DNA from: Spirochaetota bacterium
GTDB taxonomy: Bacteria > Spirochaetota > UBA4802 > JAFGJZ01
Assembly (NCBI GenBank): GCA_035395685.1
Contig: DAOPBR010000004.1
Location: forward strand, 2,059-66,058
Length of the DNA stretch: 64,000 nucleotides
Direction: 5' to 3'
Shown here: piece after piece, positions 52,870-62,292 of the stretch
Layout of the letters: the number at the start of each line of letters is the position of its first letter
Numbering within the stretch: the first letter of the stretch is position 1
Notes under the pieces: model-generated
The model's database searches: none
The model's input: only the letters and a program-made list of their open reading frames with translations
What the model was told of the DNA's origin: nothing
Translations under genes and position numbers: made by a program

Positions 52870-52960
52870 CTTAACACCGCCGTATATCCGTTAGATTAAT
52901 CAGAAAGTGCTTTGGTATATCACTTCCCAAATGTTTATATGGTGAAGTTTTTAATATTAT

Positions 52961-54238
52961 TTAATCGAAGAGGCAAGAAAATTTTGTAAAAATTTCAACA
53001 TCAGTTTTGAGCTTTCTTTTCAAAGCCGGGAGTGTCATGTCGTCGAGAAATATTCCGTCAAAATTGAGACATGTGTCAGGAAGAATGATTTTGTCAGCTT
53101 GAAAGTTCGATTGCTTTACCGCATGAATTATATCGTTTCCGCAAAGGAGCCCTGACACTGTTACACTGCTTCCGAAAAGGCGGTTTTCCGCAGCGATTAT
53201 TTTTGCTGAAAGGTTCTGTATTTTCTCAAGTTCGGGAAGAAGATGTTTGATGAGAACCGGATAGAAAGATTTTCCCGTAACGATGAGAAGATTGCGTTTT
53301 TCTTTCATTGCTTTCGGAAATGTTTTTTTTGCCCGCTTTAATTCATCCAGAAAGATTCGGCTCATGCCGACGCCGTTTTCGTATTGCGAAAAATTTTCGT
53401 AATAATTTTTACTCGGAATTTTAAAGCCGGCTTTCAGATAGAATTCGTCAGCTGCAAAAACAAAACGGGTATCTGACTTTTCAAGAAAAACTTTTTGAAG
53501 AGATTCAATCTGCTTTATGACTACGGCTGATGTTGTTTCTGTAAAAGAATCAATGCTGAAAAGCTTATCCCGGTGACAGGTTTTGCCGACGGGAACCACT
53601 GCTACTGATAAAACGTACGGATGATGGGAATGCAGAAATTTTACCGTATCGTCAAGAACCTTGCCGTCATTGACGCCCGGACATAGAACGATCTGCGTAT
53701 GCAGTTCGATTTTATTCCGTGTGAGGAAGCTCAGTTTTCTTTTGAAACCGTCATCATAATTGATACCGAGAAGTTTCATGCGTACTTTTTTTTGAGCCGC
53801 GTGAACGGAAATATAAAGAGGAGAGAGATGCTGCTGTTTTATTCTTTTTAGATCTTCATCCCGGATGTTTGAGAGCGTAAAGTAGCTTCCGTAAAGAAAT
53901 GAATATCTGAAATCTTCATCCTTTAGGTATAATCCTTTTCGGAGGCCGGTTGGATTCTGATCTACAAAGCAGAAGATGCATTTGTTTCCGCAATGTTTGA
54001 TTTTCATGTCTTCGACATCAATGCCTTTGTCGTATGCGTCTTCTTCTTCGTCAAAGATGAGAGAATATGTTTCGCCGTTACGTCTGATGATATATTCGAG
54101 AGGGAAGTCTGTGGAATATAATTTATAGTCGAGATAATCCCTGACTTCCATGCCGTTAATGCTGATTATTTCATCGCCTGCAAGAAGACCTTGTCTATCG
54201 GCAGGTGACTTTTTCTTTATGTTAATTATTTTGATCAC
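52961..54238 (-). CDS. PDZ + DUF512 radical-SAM-like protein
   Basis: N-terminal PDZ (GLLAGDEIISING), CGNKCIFC (Cx3Cx2C) cluster. Confidence 0.7.
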   Translation of the reverse strand: MIKIINIKKKSPADRQGLLAGDEIISINGMEVRDYLDYKLYSTDFPLEYIIRRNGETYSLIFDEEEDAYDKGIDVEDMKIKHCGNKCIFCFVDQNPTGLRKGLYLKDEDFRYSFLYGSYFTLSNIRDEDLKRIKQQHLSPLYISVHAAQKKVRMKLLGINYDDGFKRKLSFLTRNKIELHTQIVLCPGVNDGKVLDDTVKFLHSHHPYVLSVAVVPVGKTCHRDKLFSIDSFTETTSAVVIKQIESLQKVFLEKSDTRFVFAADEFYLKAGFKIPSKNYYENFSQYENGVGMSRIFLDELKRAKKTFPKAMKEKRNLLIVTGKSFYPVLIKHLLPELEKIQNLSAKIIAAENRLFGSSVTVSGLLCGNDIIHAVKQSNFQADKIILPDTCLNFDGIFLDDMTLPALKRKLKTDVEIFTKFSCLFD

Positions 54239-54319
54239 CTGATAAGGCTAAAACTGGCGTGTTTTATGTCAATCAATTGAAGATTATATATAGAAAAGAT
54301 TATTTCCTTTACATGGACG

Positions 54320-55498
54320 TTGAAAAATATATTCCGTCATAGCATGAACAGAAACATATACCTTCTCTATAATTTTAAATTTTTCAGGGACTTTCTTCTG
54401 ATTGCTCCGGTAATTATTCCCTTTTATAAGGATAATAATCTTTCCGCATTTCAGATACTCTTGGTTCAGGCAGTTTTTTCGGCTTCTATGCTTTTGTTCG
54501 AAATTCCGTCGGGTTATTTTTCTGACAGATGCGGCCGGAAAAGAACGCTTGTTGCAGGCGGAATAGCTGTCTGCATCGGGCTTCTCATTTACTGTTTTTC
54601 ATCATCCCTTATTTTGTTTATGCTATGTGAAGTGTTTCTCGGTTTTGGTTTCAGCATGTGCTCGGGAACAGAATCAGCCCTTTTATATGATACTCTCCAT
54701 GCAGAAGGAAAAGCTTCTGAGTACCGGAAAAAAGAAAGTCATGCGGAATTTTTCGCACGTGTGGGTGCGGCACTTTCTTCGGTTGCCGGGGGTTTTCTCG
54801 GTTCAATTTCACTCAGGCTTCCTTTTTTCTGTAATGCGGCGACTGCAGTTATGATTCCGCTTTCGGCGGCGTTTATGCGCGATGTAAAAAGAACAGAATC
54901 ACGCCGTTCGGGTGTGATGAAAGAAATTATCGATGCGGTATTTTTCAGCATACGCCATCCCGTTATTTTGAGCGCGGGTTTTGTTTCCGGAGCCGTTCTT
55001 ACATGCGGAATAATTTCCATATGGGGATATTTTCTGATTTTACCTGAACTTAAAATTCCGCTTTCGGCTTACGGATTATTGTTTTTCTTTTTTCAGACAT
55101 CATCTGCTCTGGGTGCGCGTTTCTCTCATTCTATTTCAACAATAATCGGCAAAAAGAAAACTCTTGCTTTGCTGCTCGTCATCCCGCTTGTCTATGCCTC
55201 GGTTGCGTTTTTTAAATACGCTGTGATTCTTGCATTTGTTCAGTCTTTTTTGTGGGGTGTCGCGACTCCGTTTTTTCTGGATATAATAAATTCGAAAGCG
55301 GAAAGTCACATAAGAGCGACAGTTCTTTCGACGGTAAGCATGGGATCGAGAATTTTATATGTTGCTATCGGACCGGTATTCGGACTGGTTGCTGATGCTT
55401 TCGGCGCGCCGAAAGGGTTCCTTTTTCTTTCGGGGATATTTATTTTATGCGCCACTGCTGGTTTTTTAATATATCTTAAAGGCAGAGAGAAAAACTGA
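54320..55498 (+). CDS. MFS transporter (12 TM)
   Basis: Hydropathy and GYFSDRCGRKRTL motif between TM2-3. Confidence 0.75.
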   Translation: MKNIFRHSMNRNIYLLYNFKFFRDFLLIAPVIIPFYKDNNLSAFQILLVQAVFSASMLLFEIPSGYFSDRCGRKRTLVAGGIAVCIGLLIYCFSSSLILFMLCEVFLGFGFSMCSGTESALLYDTLHAEGKASEYRKKESHAEFFARVGAALSSVAGGFLGSISLRLPFFCNAATAVMIPLSAAFMRDVKRTESRRSGVMKEIIDAVFFSIRHPVILSAGFVSGAVLTCGIISIWGYFLILPELKIPLSAYGLLFFFFQTSSALGARFSHSISTIIGKKKTLALLLVIPLVYASVAFFKYAVILAFVQSFLWGVATPFFLDIINSKAESHIRATVLSTVSMGSRILYVAIGPVFGLVADAFGAPKGFLFLSGIFILCATAGFLIYLKGREKN

Positions 55499-55534
55499 CT
55501 TTTGTAATTTTGTAAGGTTTAGTATTAATAATGG

Positions 55535-56356
55535 TTGAAAAGAAAATTGAGCAGGTTTAATATCATTCAACCGGGAGGCATTATGAATTTGCGCCGAATA
55601 ATAACAGTTGTTGTTTTTTTATCATCAGGCGCGCTTTATTCTGCCGACAGATCAGTTTTCGAAGATCTTGATAAACCGCCTGAAGGAGCATATGCGGGGC
55701 AGATATTTGCAGGTGCTTCGCTCGGGATGGGTCTAGTTTCAGGTTCAATTATCAAAGCTGAAAAAGATTTTGTAAGCGGTACAACTTATAGTTTTGAGGA
55801 TTCGGAAGTTACAAAGAAGGTCGAACTTCAGCATTATTCATTTGCTTTTTCGATGTTCGGTGAATACATGCCGCTTGATCATTTCGGTGTGAAGGGAAAG
55901 CTCGCGAGGGCGATGGTAGCGCAAAAATCGACATTCGGCGCGGACTATCCGAACGAGCAGGGTTTTCTTCTTAAAACATGGAATATTACATTTGCTCCGG
56001 TATATCATGTTACCGTGAGGCGCGAGTGGGACGTAACGATTGCGCCTTTTCTCGGTTATTCAATAGGTACATTTAACGCGATTCCTGTAGCAAAAGGTCT
56101 ATTCGATTCAATAGATTCCAAAACCAGCCAGAGTAATAATTCATTTATCTTCGGTATAGAAGTTTCAGGTGTTCTTTATTTCAGCGGAGGATTTTTTCTT
56201 TCTCTCGGAGCCGAGTGGACTAGATATAATATTTCAATAGACAATGACATCAATCGGACAAGCCCGAGTGCGCTCACATATAATAACGGATCTAAATCAG
56301 GGAATATTGATACTTTTATTATCCAGGTTTCGGCAGGGTATGCTTTCAGGAACTGA
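55535..56356 (+). CDS. Secreted protein, probable outer-membrane beta-barrel
   Basis: Signal peptide; alternating amphipathic beta pattern; aromatic-rich C-terminus. Confidence 0.45.
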   Translation: MKRKLSRFNIIQPGGIMNLRRIITVVVFLSSGALYSADRSVFEDLDKPPEGAYAGQIFAGASLGMGLVSGSIIKAEKDFVSGTTYSFEDSEVTKKVELQHYSFAFSMFGEYMPLDHFGVKGKLARAMVAQKSTFGADYPNEQGFLLKTWNITFAPVYHVTVRREWDVTIAPFLGYSIGTFNAIPVAKGLFDSIDSKTSQSNNSFIFGIEVSGVLYFSGGFFLSLGAEWTRYNISIDNDINRTSPSALTYNNGSKSGNIDTFIIQVSAGYAFRN

Positions 56357-56395
56357 TATTTTGCCCATTAGCCGGGCGAATTTCTCGTACGCCTT

Positions 56396-56415
56396 AGTAT
56401 TCGGCTTCGCCGAAT
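56396..56415. repeat. 20-nt palindromic element AGTATTCGGCTTCGCCGAAT (copy 2)
   Basis: Identical to 672-691. Confidence 0.8.
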
Positions 56416-56546
56416 AGTCTAGGACTTTTTCTCTCATTCATCTTTCGCTGAAGTGCTTTGCGCACTTTCATGATTAAGTTTTATAATGAAAAAAAATATT
56501 GCAGAAAATCGAGCGGAATATTAGATTTTTATCATGGGGAGTTAAT

Positions 56547-56765
56547 ATGATCAATATTTCCATTACAACAGAGCAGTTTACATCTATTTTCCGTCAGCTT
56601 CCTGAGAAAGAAAAAAATGAAATTTTGAATGAGCTTGTTATAGATACATGGCTCAATTCATCTGATGCCGCCAAGCTTAAAAAAGAAAGAGAAAAACAGT
56701 TCAAAGAAGGTAAAACCATGACTTCAAAAGAACTAAGAGAAAAAATTATAAATCGTGGATACTAA
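56547..56765 (+). CDS. Putative antitoxin (addiction-module component) of RelE/ParE-type TA pair
   Basis: Small ORF overlapping the toxin start by 11 nt; ORF 56499 trimmed to MINISIT. Confidence 0.5.
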   Translation: MINISITTEQFTSIFRQLPEKEKNEILNELVIDTWLNSSDAAKLKKEREKQFKEGKTMTSKELREKIINRGY

Positions 56766-57033
56766 TCATAAAACATTCACGGTTATTTATTCGGAAGGTT
56801 TTTTTGATGACCTTGAAAATATTCCGGTAAAAAACGCACTTTCCATATTGGACGGCATAGACCGTCTTGAATGTTTCCCTGAAATGGGGAAAGAGACCAT
56901 AAACCCGAAATGGAAAGGGTACAGATACCTTATAATAAAAGATTTTGTAATCTTTTATACTATAGATTTCATTCGTAAAACAGTTAATGTGGAATTTGCC
57001 AAACACGGCAAAATGGAAATGTTCAATCAGTAA
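56755..57033 (+). CDS. RelE/ParE-family type II toxin
   Basis: 92 aa; GYRYLIIKDFVIFYTID...V.F.KHG pattern characteristic of ParE/RelE fold. Confidence 0.65.
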   Translation: MDTNHKTFTVIYSEGFFDDLENIPVKNALSILDGIDRLECFPEMGKETINPKWKGYRYLIIKDFVIFYTIDFIRKTVNVEFAKHGKMEMFNQ

Positions 57034-57067
57034 AATCTCTTATAGCAGGGTTTTATTCTAAAGTATC

Positions 57068-57586
57068 CTACCTGAAATATTTTTTACTAATACCCATTAT
57101 TTCTACAGGAAGAAGTCTTTTCGGTTTTCTGGAATTTATCATTATCATTGTCTCTTTGAAATTGATAGGCATTTTTTCATAAGCTGATTGATGATAAGCC
57201 GAAATTCCGTAAAATTCTTTTCCTCTATATAAATACTTAAAATAAAAATATCGACAATCCTTGCTTAGATAGTGACCAGTCTCAAGCAGTTCTGCTGTTA
57301 AATATTGCCGGTTTTTTATTATATGTATCATTATTATCAACTTATACAATACGACTAGACCCAGCAGAGAAAATATTGCTAAAGAAGAAAACAAAAACAT
57401 TCCCAAATCTTTTGTCGTTATATAATCATTATAATGCCTTCCAAACGGAAATTTTTTAAAAATAAGAACCATTAAAATAAAAAATGCATATAAGATAAGA
57501 CTTATCTTAACAAATATAAAAAACATCCAAACAACGGCATCTTTTCGAACGATATGGAATGCGTCTAAAATATTAGAATTGCACAT
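57068..57586 (-). CDS. Unknown membrane protein (3 TM), last gene of 7-gene array
   Basis: ORF with hydrophobic helices; 4-nt gap to upstream gene. Confidence 0.5.
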   Translation of the reverse strand: MCNSNILDAFHIVRKDAVVWMFFIFVKISLILYAFFILMVLIFKKFPFGRHYNDYITTKDLGMFLFSSLAIFSLLGLVVLYKLIIMIHIIKNRQYLTAELLETGHYLSKDCRYFYFKYLYRGKEFYGISAYHQSAYEKMPINFKETMIMINSRKPKRLLPVEIMGISKKYFR

Positions 57587-57590
57587 CGTT

Positions 57591-58094
57591 TTATTTCCCG
57601 TTTGTTTTAAAAGTTTTCATCAACTGTTCATATTTTATATCATTCCACTTGTGTCCTTCGGGGGACCAATCCATTCCGGCTTGCAGCGGAGGCAGACCTG
57701 ATTTGCAGAATCCGTATTTATCATTGAAATTAATAACTGCTTGAGGCTGATTGTTTAAATAAACTACAACGCTCAGCCCGTTATTTAACCAGCAGAATGA
57801 AAGATCGACAGGTTTTCCGGTATCGGGATTATTTTTTATTTCATAAGTGATTAGCATGTCGCGCAAAGGCATTGAGCTATGAGACTTATCGGTAACCCAC
57901 AATTCGCCGCTATTTCCGTTATCCAAAAACGTAATCCAGTAATCCGGATATCGCGGTGAGTTTGAATCTATTGTTTTATTCTCTCCGATAATTATAGTAG
58001 CGGTTTTAGAGAATGTACTTTCTGATGATATTTTTCTGCGCGTTCCTCCGGTGCATGAAACGAGCAGCAGCAGAAGAATGTAAAATAATTTCAT
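57591..58094 (-). CDS. Unknown lipoprotein (LLVSCTG)
   Basis: Lipobox; 167 aa. Confidence 0.5.
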   Translation of the reverse strand: MKLFYILLLLLVSCTGGTRRKISSESTFSKTATIIIGENKTIDSNSPRYPDYWITFLDNGNSGELWVTDKSHSSMPLRDMLITYEIKNNPDTGKPVDLSFCWLNNGLSVVVYLNNQPQAVINFNDKYGFCKSGLPPLQAGMDWSPEGHKWNDIKYEQLMKTFKTNGK

Positions 58095-58197
58095 TTTTCT
58101 TCACCTCGGGATTTATTTCTCTATATCGGAATTATTGAGTTCAAATGGGGTTTGTTGTTATTCAATATCTCTTCCGCGCATTCGAACGCGCTTGAAT

Positions 58198-58692
58198 TCA
58201 TGAGCCGATGGTTCCGATCAGCGCATAATCATTCTCAAACCATTTGCATTTCAAATGTATTATCATGTGCTGTGGATATTTGAATTTACCACCTATCTGC
58301 TTTTCCTTGTCATCTACTATGCTTATCTGGAGTACTTCCCAGGTCTTTCCGTCTTCTGATAAGAACATTACATTATGATCAACCTTATATTTGTATTCTA
58401 TCCTCGTGCCAGATATAGATATTGTTGGAGAATCTATATTAGAATCTGAAACAATAATTCTATCTTGAGCCCAAATAATTTTTCCATTTTTAATCGATTT
58501 ATTATTCGCAATTTTATTCTTTGTTATAATATTGTTAGACACTCCCATTTCGCTCATATCTAATTGCGTTGGATCGATATAGGCCGCTTTGCCGTCAATA
58601 AAAACAACTCCCCATTTCGTTTCTTCCTTAGCGGAAGCAATGCAGAAAATAATTATGAAAGCAAATAAGATCAGAATCGTTTTTAATTTCAT
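58198..58692 (-). CDS. Unknown secreted protein
   Basis: Signal peptide MKLKTILILFAFIIIFCIASA. Confidence 0.5.
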   Translation of the reverse strand: MKLKTILILFAFIIIFCIASAKEETKWGVVFIDGKAAYIDPTQLDMSEMGVSNNIITKNKIANNKSIKNGKIIWAQDRIIVSDSNIDSPTISISGTRIEYKYKVDHNVMFLSEDGKTWEVLQISIVDDKEKQIGGKFKYPQHMIIHLKCKWFENDYALIGTIGS

Positions 58693-58713
58693 TTTGTCCT
58701 CCTTAATTGATTT

Positions 58714-59013
58714 TTATTTATAATAGAATTCGTCTTTGATGATCATAATCAAAACAAATGTTAAAAAAATGAAAAGGAATAGTCCAGTTAGGCCATGTTT
58801 GAAATCGTTATTTAATATATCTTTCTTATCTTTTCCAATAATATATGAAATAATGAAATTAACTGCTAAAGGAATTACAATAATCCAGGTCCAAACAAGA
58901 TTGACAATTTTAGGCTTTTGCGGATACAGTATAAAAATACTAATCGCACTTCCGATAATTGAGAAGTAAATAATAAACCATGCTATGCCTAATATTTTCT
59001 TGCTGGTTTTCAT
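58714..59013 (-). CDS. Unknown 3-TM membrane protein
   Basis: 99 aa, three hydrophobic helices. Confidence 0.5.
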   Translation of the reverse strand: MKTSKKILGIAWFIIYFSIIGSAISIFILYPQKPKIVNLVWTWIIVIPLAVNFIISYIIGKDKKDILNNDFKHGLTGLFLFIFLTFVLIMIIKDEFYYK

Positions 59014-59019
59014 TTTTTA

Positions 59020-59409
59020 CTAAAACTTCTTCTGAATAATTTTATATATTTTCGAAACTTCCCATATCGGCAAATGTTTATCATCAAGAAAAGGTCCGGA
59101 GGTATTAATTGCAACATGTTCATAAGGAACACCTTTTGATTCTTCGGGCGTTTCTATGCAAATCAGTAATTTCTTTTTGTAAATACCATATAAGGAAACA
59201 TTTACCCAGGAAAATCCTTGATGAAGAATCCGTTCAAACTTTTTATGAAATTCTGATATTGCCGTAAAATAAATTTCAGATATTTCTTTTTTATCTTTAT
59301 CTATGAAATTATATTCTATGATCAGATAATCATCGTATTCCGGAATAGATTCAAAAGAGCCGGTAATTCCTTTTATGATCAATTCAAGTTTTGTCATTAT
59401 TATCACCAA
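59020..59409 (-). CDS. Unknown cytoplasmic protein
   Basis: 129-aa ORF, 6-nt gap to next gene. Confidence 0.5.
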   Translation of the reverse strand: MVIIMTKLELIIKGITGSFESIPEYDDYLIIEYNFIDKDKKEISEIYFTAISEFHKKFERILHQGFSWVNVSLYGIYKKKLLICIETPEESKGVPYEHVAINTSGPFLDDKHLPIWEVSKIYKIIQKKF

Positions 59410-59453
59410 AACAAATAACTTTAAAACTTCCTATAGAATATGTCAAAGAAGAA

Positions 59454-59666
59454 TTATTCTATAAATATGATATTGTTTTCGACCGGTACGCTCGGGTTAT
59501 TGCACTCATAAATTGAGTATGTTATGAAAAGAACATAGAAGATAATAGCAAACCATTTAATGACATTCAAAGAATCTTTTAATCCGTTGCCGTGTAGTAT
59601 ATTTTGTAAAAAAATAAGAGGTAAAACAATAAAAGTGAAACCTAGAAGCGTGTATAATGTTTCCAT
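59454..59666 (-). CDS. Unknown 2-TM small membrane protein
   Basis: 70 aa, two hydrophobic helices. Confidence 0.4.
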   Translation of the reverse strand: METLYTLLGFTFIVLPLIFLQNILHGNGLKDSLNVIKWFAIIFYVLFITYSIYECNNPSVPVENNIIFIE

Positions 59667-59713
59667 TTAATCCTTCTTTATTCATCAGATTAAGGTCATA
59701 CTCTCATTAATAA

Positions 59714-60394
59714 TTATTGATTAAGTAAATCTTTTAAATTAATTATTTCATCAAATAAGTCTTTCATGTTTTCGTTGTAATGTGTAGGTATAATAACTAT
59801 GCATTTATTTTCCTTTAGAAATTCCAAAATGGATTTCAGCCATAGATTCTTGTACATCATGATTACTTCAGGCTTTATCCAATATGAAGAAAATACTTTT
59901 TTGTTATTCATGTAGCCGATAGCAGCACTAAGACGCCATTTCTCTCCGCTATACGTTGAATAATTTCTCGACATTCTCTCTGTTGTTAAACAGAAAATAT
60001 TTATCAATTCATCAATGCTTGAAATTGTTTTAGAAGCCTTTAAACTATCATTTATAATATAAAAAACGCTTTTCTGAGGGAGTCTTATTCCGAGCAAATA
60101 TTTCTCATAACCAGTAAAGCCTATAGTGCAACCTATCTTTTTTAATTCAGAATCTGAGATGTGATTATCGTCTAAAAAAATATTACCTTTATCTGATTTA
60201 ATTTTTCCAGTTAGTATCCAGCTAATACCCCAACAATCATCTTCCAATAAAGTATCTAGGCAGTATATTTTACCAAATTGTAAGTTAGTAGAAAAATTAT
60301 TTATTTCTTGATAAGTCTTGCCGGACGTAAAATGCTTGATAATTCCATTATATGAAATGTTTTGCAATGATATAGATTTCATATTTTCTTCCAT
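59714..60394 (-). CDS. Degenerate ABC-ATPase-like protein (pseudo-ATPase: signature and H-loop-like motifs retained, Walker A lysine/P-loop and Walker B lost)
   Basis: ISLQNIS (beta1), KGNIFLDDNHIS, YSGEKWRLSAAIGY (LSGG-like), CIVIIPTHYNENMKDL (H-loop) in canonical order; P-loop position reads DTLLEDDCWGISWILTG. Confidence 0.55.
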   Translation of the reverse strand: MEENMKSISLQNISYNGIIKHFTSGKTYQEINNFSTNLQFGKIYCLDTLLEDDCWGISWILTGKIKSDKGNIFLDDNHISDSELKKIGCTIGFTGYEKYLLGIRLPQKSVFYIINDSLKASKTISSIDELINIFCLTTERMSRNYSTYSGEKWRLSAAIGYMNNKKVFSSYWIKPEVIMMYKNLWLKSILEFLKENKCIVIIPTHYNENMKDLFDEIINLKDLLNQ

Positions 60395-60508
60395 TCATCA
60401 GTTTTCTAAAAAATCAGCTTGGTTATTAGATTGTTCCAACTGTTCGGTCTTTAAAATAATCTTTTAGTATAAATCAATATTTAATTGCTGAAAAAGTTTT
60501 GCCTTTAT

Positions 60509-61453
60509 TCACATCGAAAACAACCGGTATGCGTTCAGCGTGCACCACTTGTCGGGTTTGCCTTTTTTTATGCCGAGCAGTGAATGTACCGTTCCGTGAG
60601 TGTCGGCTTCGAGTTGAAACTTGCCGGATAAGTTTTGTTTAGAAACTATTTTATTGAAGTAAGGAATTATTCCGTCGTTGAGCTGGTTTTCTTCGGCAAG
60701 AAGTTTAAGTATAGAAAGTAAATCCGTCTGTGACAAAACCGGATATATTATTTTTGAGAAATCATCATTGCAGTAAATTCCCTTGTGTTCATTTTTTAGA
60801 GTGAAAACTGCGTTTTTCAGGAATTTGATTCCTTTTTTAATTTCCAGATGATATTTATTGTAGATGTTCTTGTAAGGAGCAAGCGCTCCTAATACGCATG
60901 CTGTAGCGATTATGCTTGATGAAAACTTTTCGTTTTCTTCGTGCAAAAGTCCCCTGCCGGTTTTTCCGGTAAAATAAAGTTTGATGCTGTCTTTGAATCC
61001 CGCAACAGGTGAGTAGATCCATCCTCCGTCATGGCGCTGAATTGATAATAGCCAGTCCGCGCATGTGTGGATTTCATCACCGGTGTAACCGCTTTTTATG
61101 AGTGATCTTAATATTGAACCCGTCCATCCCGCGCATGGAGTCAGCGGTTTCCATTCGGGTGAAAATCCTTTTCCTTCAACAAATGATTTTTCAATTATTC
61201 TTTTGATTAGCGGCTGAATGAAGCTTTCTTCGGCGCGCATTGCGCTTTCTGCGGCAAAAGTAAAATATAGAATATAAGAATTCAGAGACTTGAAGGATTT
61301 GCTGTTGAAAGTTTTTTCGAAATATGCTGCCGCTTCTTCGTAAGAAACGGAATAATCTTCGTGAAATATTTCTGTGACGGTGAGGTTTCTGATTATAGGA
61401 TCATTTCTTTCTAGCAGCCAGTCGATGACGGGCTGCTTAAAATAAGGATTCAT
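60509..61453 (-). CDS. Alpha/alpha-toroid repeat protein (prenyltransferase/terpene-cyclase-like QxxDGGW repeat)
   Basis: SIQRHDGGWIYSP motif; 314 aa. Confidence 0.45.
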   Translation of the reverse strand: MNPYFKQPVIDWLLERNDPIIRNLTVTEIFHEDYSVSYEEAAAYFEKTFNSKSFKSLNSYILYFTFAAESAMRAEESFIQPLIKRIIEKSFVEGKGFSPEWKPLTPCAGWTGSILRSLIKSGYTGDEIHTCADWLLSIQRHDGGWIYSPVAGFKDSIKLYFTGKTGRGLLHEENEKFSSSIIATACVLGALAPYKNIYNKYHLEIKKGIKFLKNAVFTLKNEHKGIYCNDDFSKIIYPVLSQTDLLSILKLLAEENQLNDGIIPYFNKIVSKQNLSGKFQLEADTHGTVHSLLGIKKGKPDKWCTLNAYRLFSM

Positions 61454-62214
61454 TTCGCTGTAAATTTTCCGAGATTTGCCTGAATCGCCGGATTTGTTTT
61501 ATCGGCTTCGGCAGCTTTCTTTATCATTTCTGCAGCTTTGTCTTTTTTGCCCTGCGCAAAATAGCTTGCAGCAAAGTTATTCATAATTTCCGGAGAAGAA
61601 GGGTTTACTGAATAAGCTGTTGCGAACGCGATTTCCGCTTCGGGATATTTTTTAAGCATCATGAATGTTTTTCCAAGTTCATTCCACGCCGCGTACATTT
61701 CAAAATCGGCAGAAGTCGCTTTTTCAAAAAGTTCCTTTGCGCCCCAGAAGTTTCCGAGACCGTAACGGGCTTTTCCTATTATAAAATAAGCCATGGCATT
61801 GTTTTTTTCTTTCTCGGCGATTTTCTGACCGACTCTTACAGCATCGTTATATTTTTTCATTTCAAGATAAACGAGACAGACGTCAATCATCGCGTTTGTG
61901 TCATTCGGTCTTATCTGAAGGCATCTTCCGAGATGAGAGAGCGCGTTTTCGTATCTTTTCATTTTCCAGTGATTATGACCTGCAAGAAAACGGAGTTTGT
62001 AGTTGGGAGAATCTGCAGTCATGTCTTTGGCGGCATCAAGTTCTTCTGCAATTACCTTTAAAGAGTCATCGTATTTGCCTTCCGTAAAAAGCTTGAGAGC
62101 GGAATTGTAGTCTGCAAATAAAGGAAAAGCCGTGATGCAGAAAATTACCGGAAAAATGATCTTTTTCATTATAATACCCCTTGAACATGAAAAGCATCGG
62201 CTTTTGGCGGTCAA
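61450..62214 (-). CDS. TPR-repeat protein, secreted (true start probably MKKIIFPV at 62169)
   Basis: Multiple 34-aa TPR-like repeats (A..Y.LG..Y...G....A...F), signal peptide; 4-nt overlap with downstream gene. Confidence 0.7.
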   Translation of the reverse strand: MTAKSRCFSCSRGIIMKKIIFPVIFCITAFPLFADYNSALKLFTEGKYDDSLKVIAEELDAAKDMTADSPNYKLRFLAGHNHWKMKRYENALSHLGRCLQIRPNDTNAMIDVCLVYLEMKKYNDAVRVGQKIAEKEKNNAMAYFIIGKARYGLGNFWGAKELFEKATSADFEMYAAWNELGKTFMMLKKYPEAEIAFATAYSVNPSSPEIMNNFAASYFAQGKKDKAAEMIKKAAEADKTNPAIQANLGKFTAK

Positions 62215-62292
62215 AGCGTCAAGAAATTTTTGGTTTGACCTGAGCTCATCTCAATTTTTGAATAAGACAGGCATTGCCGTTAGAGGGTCATT

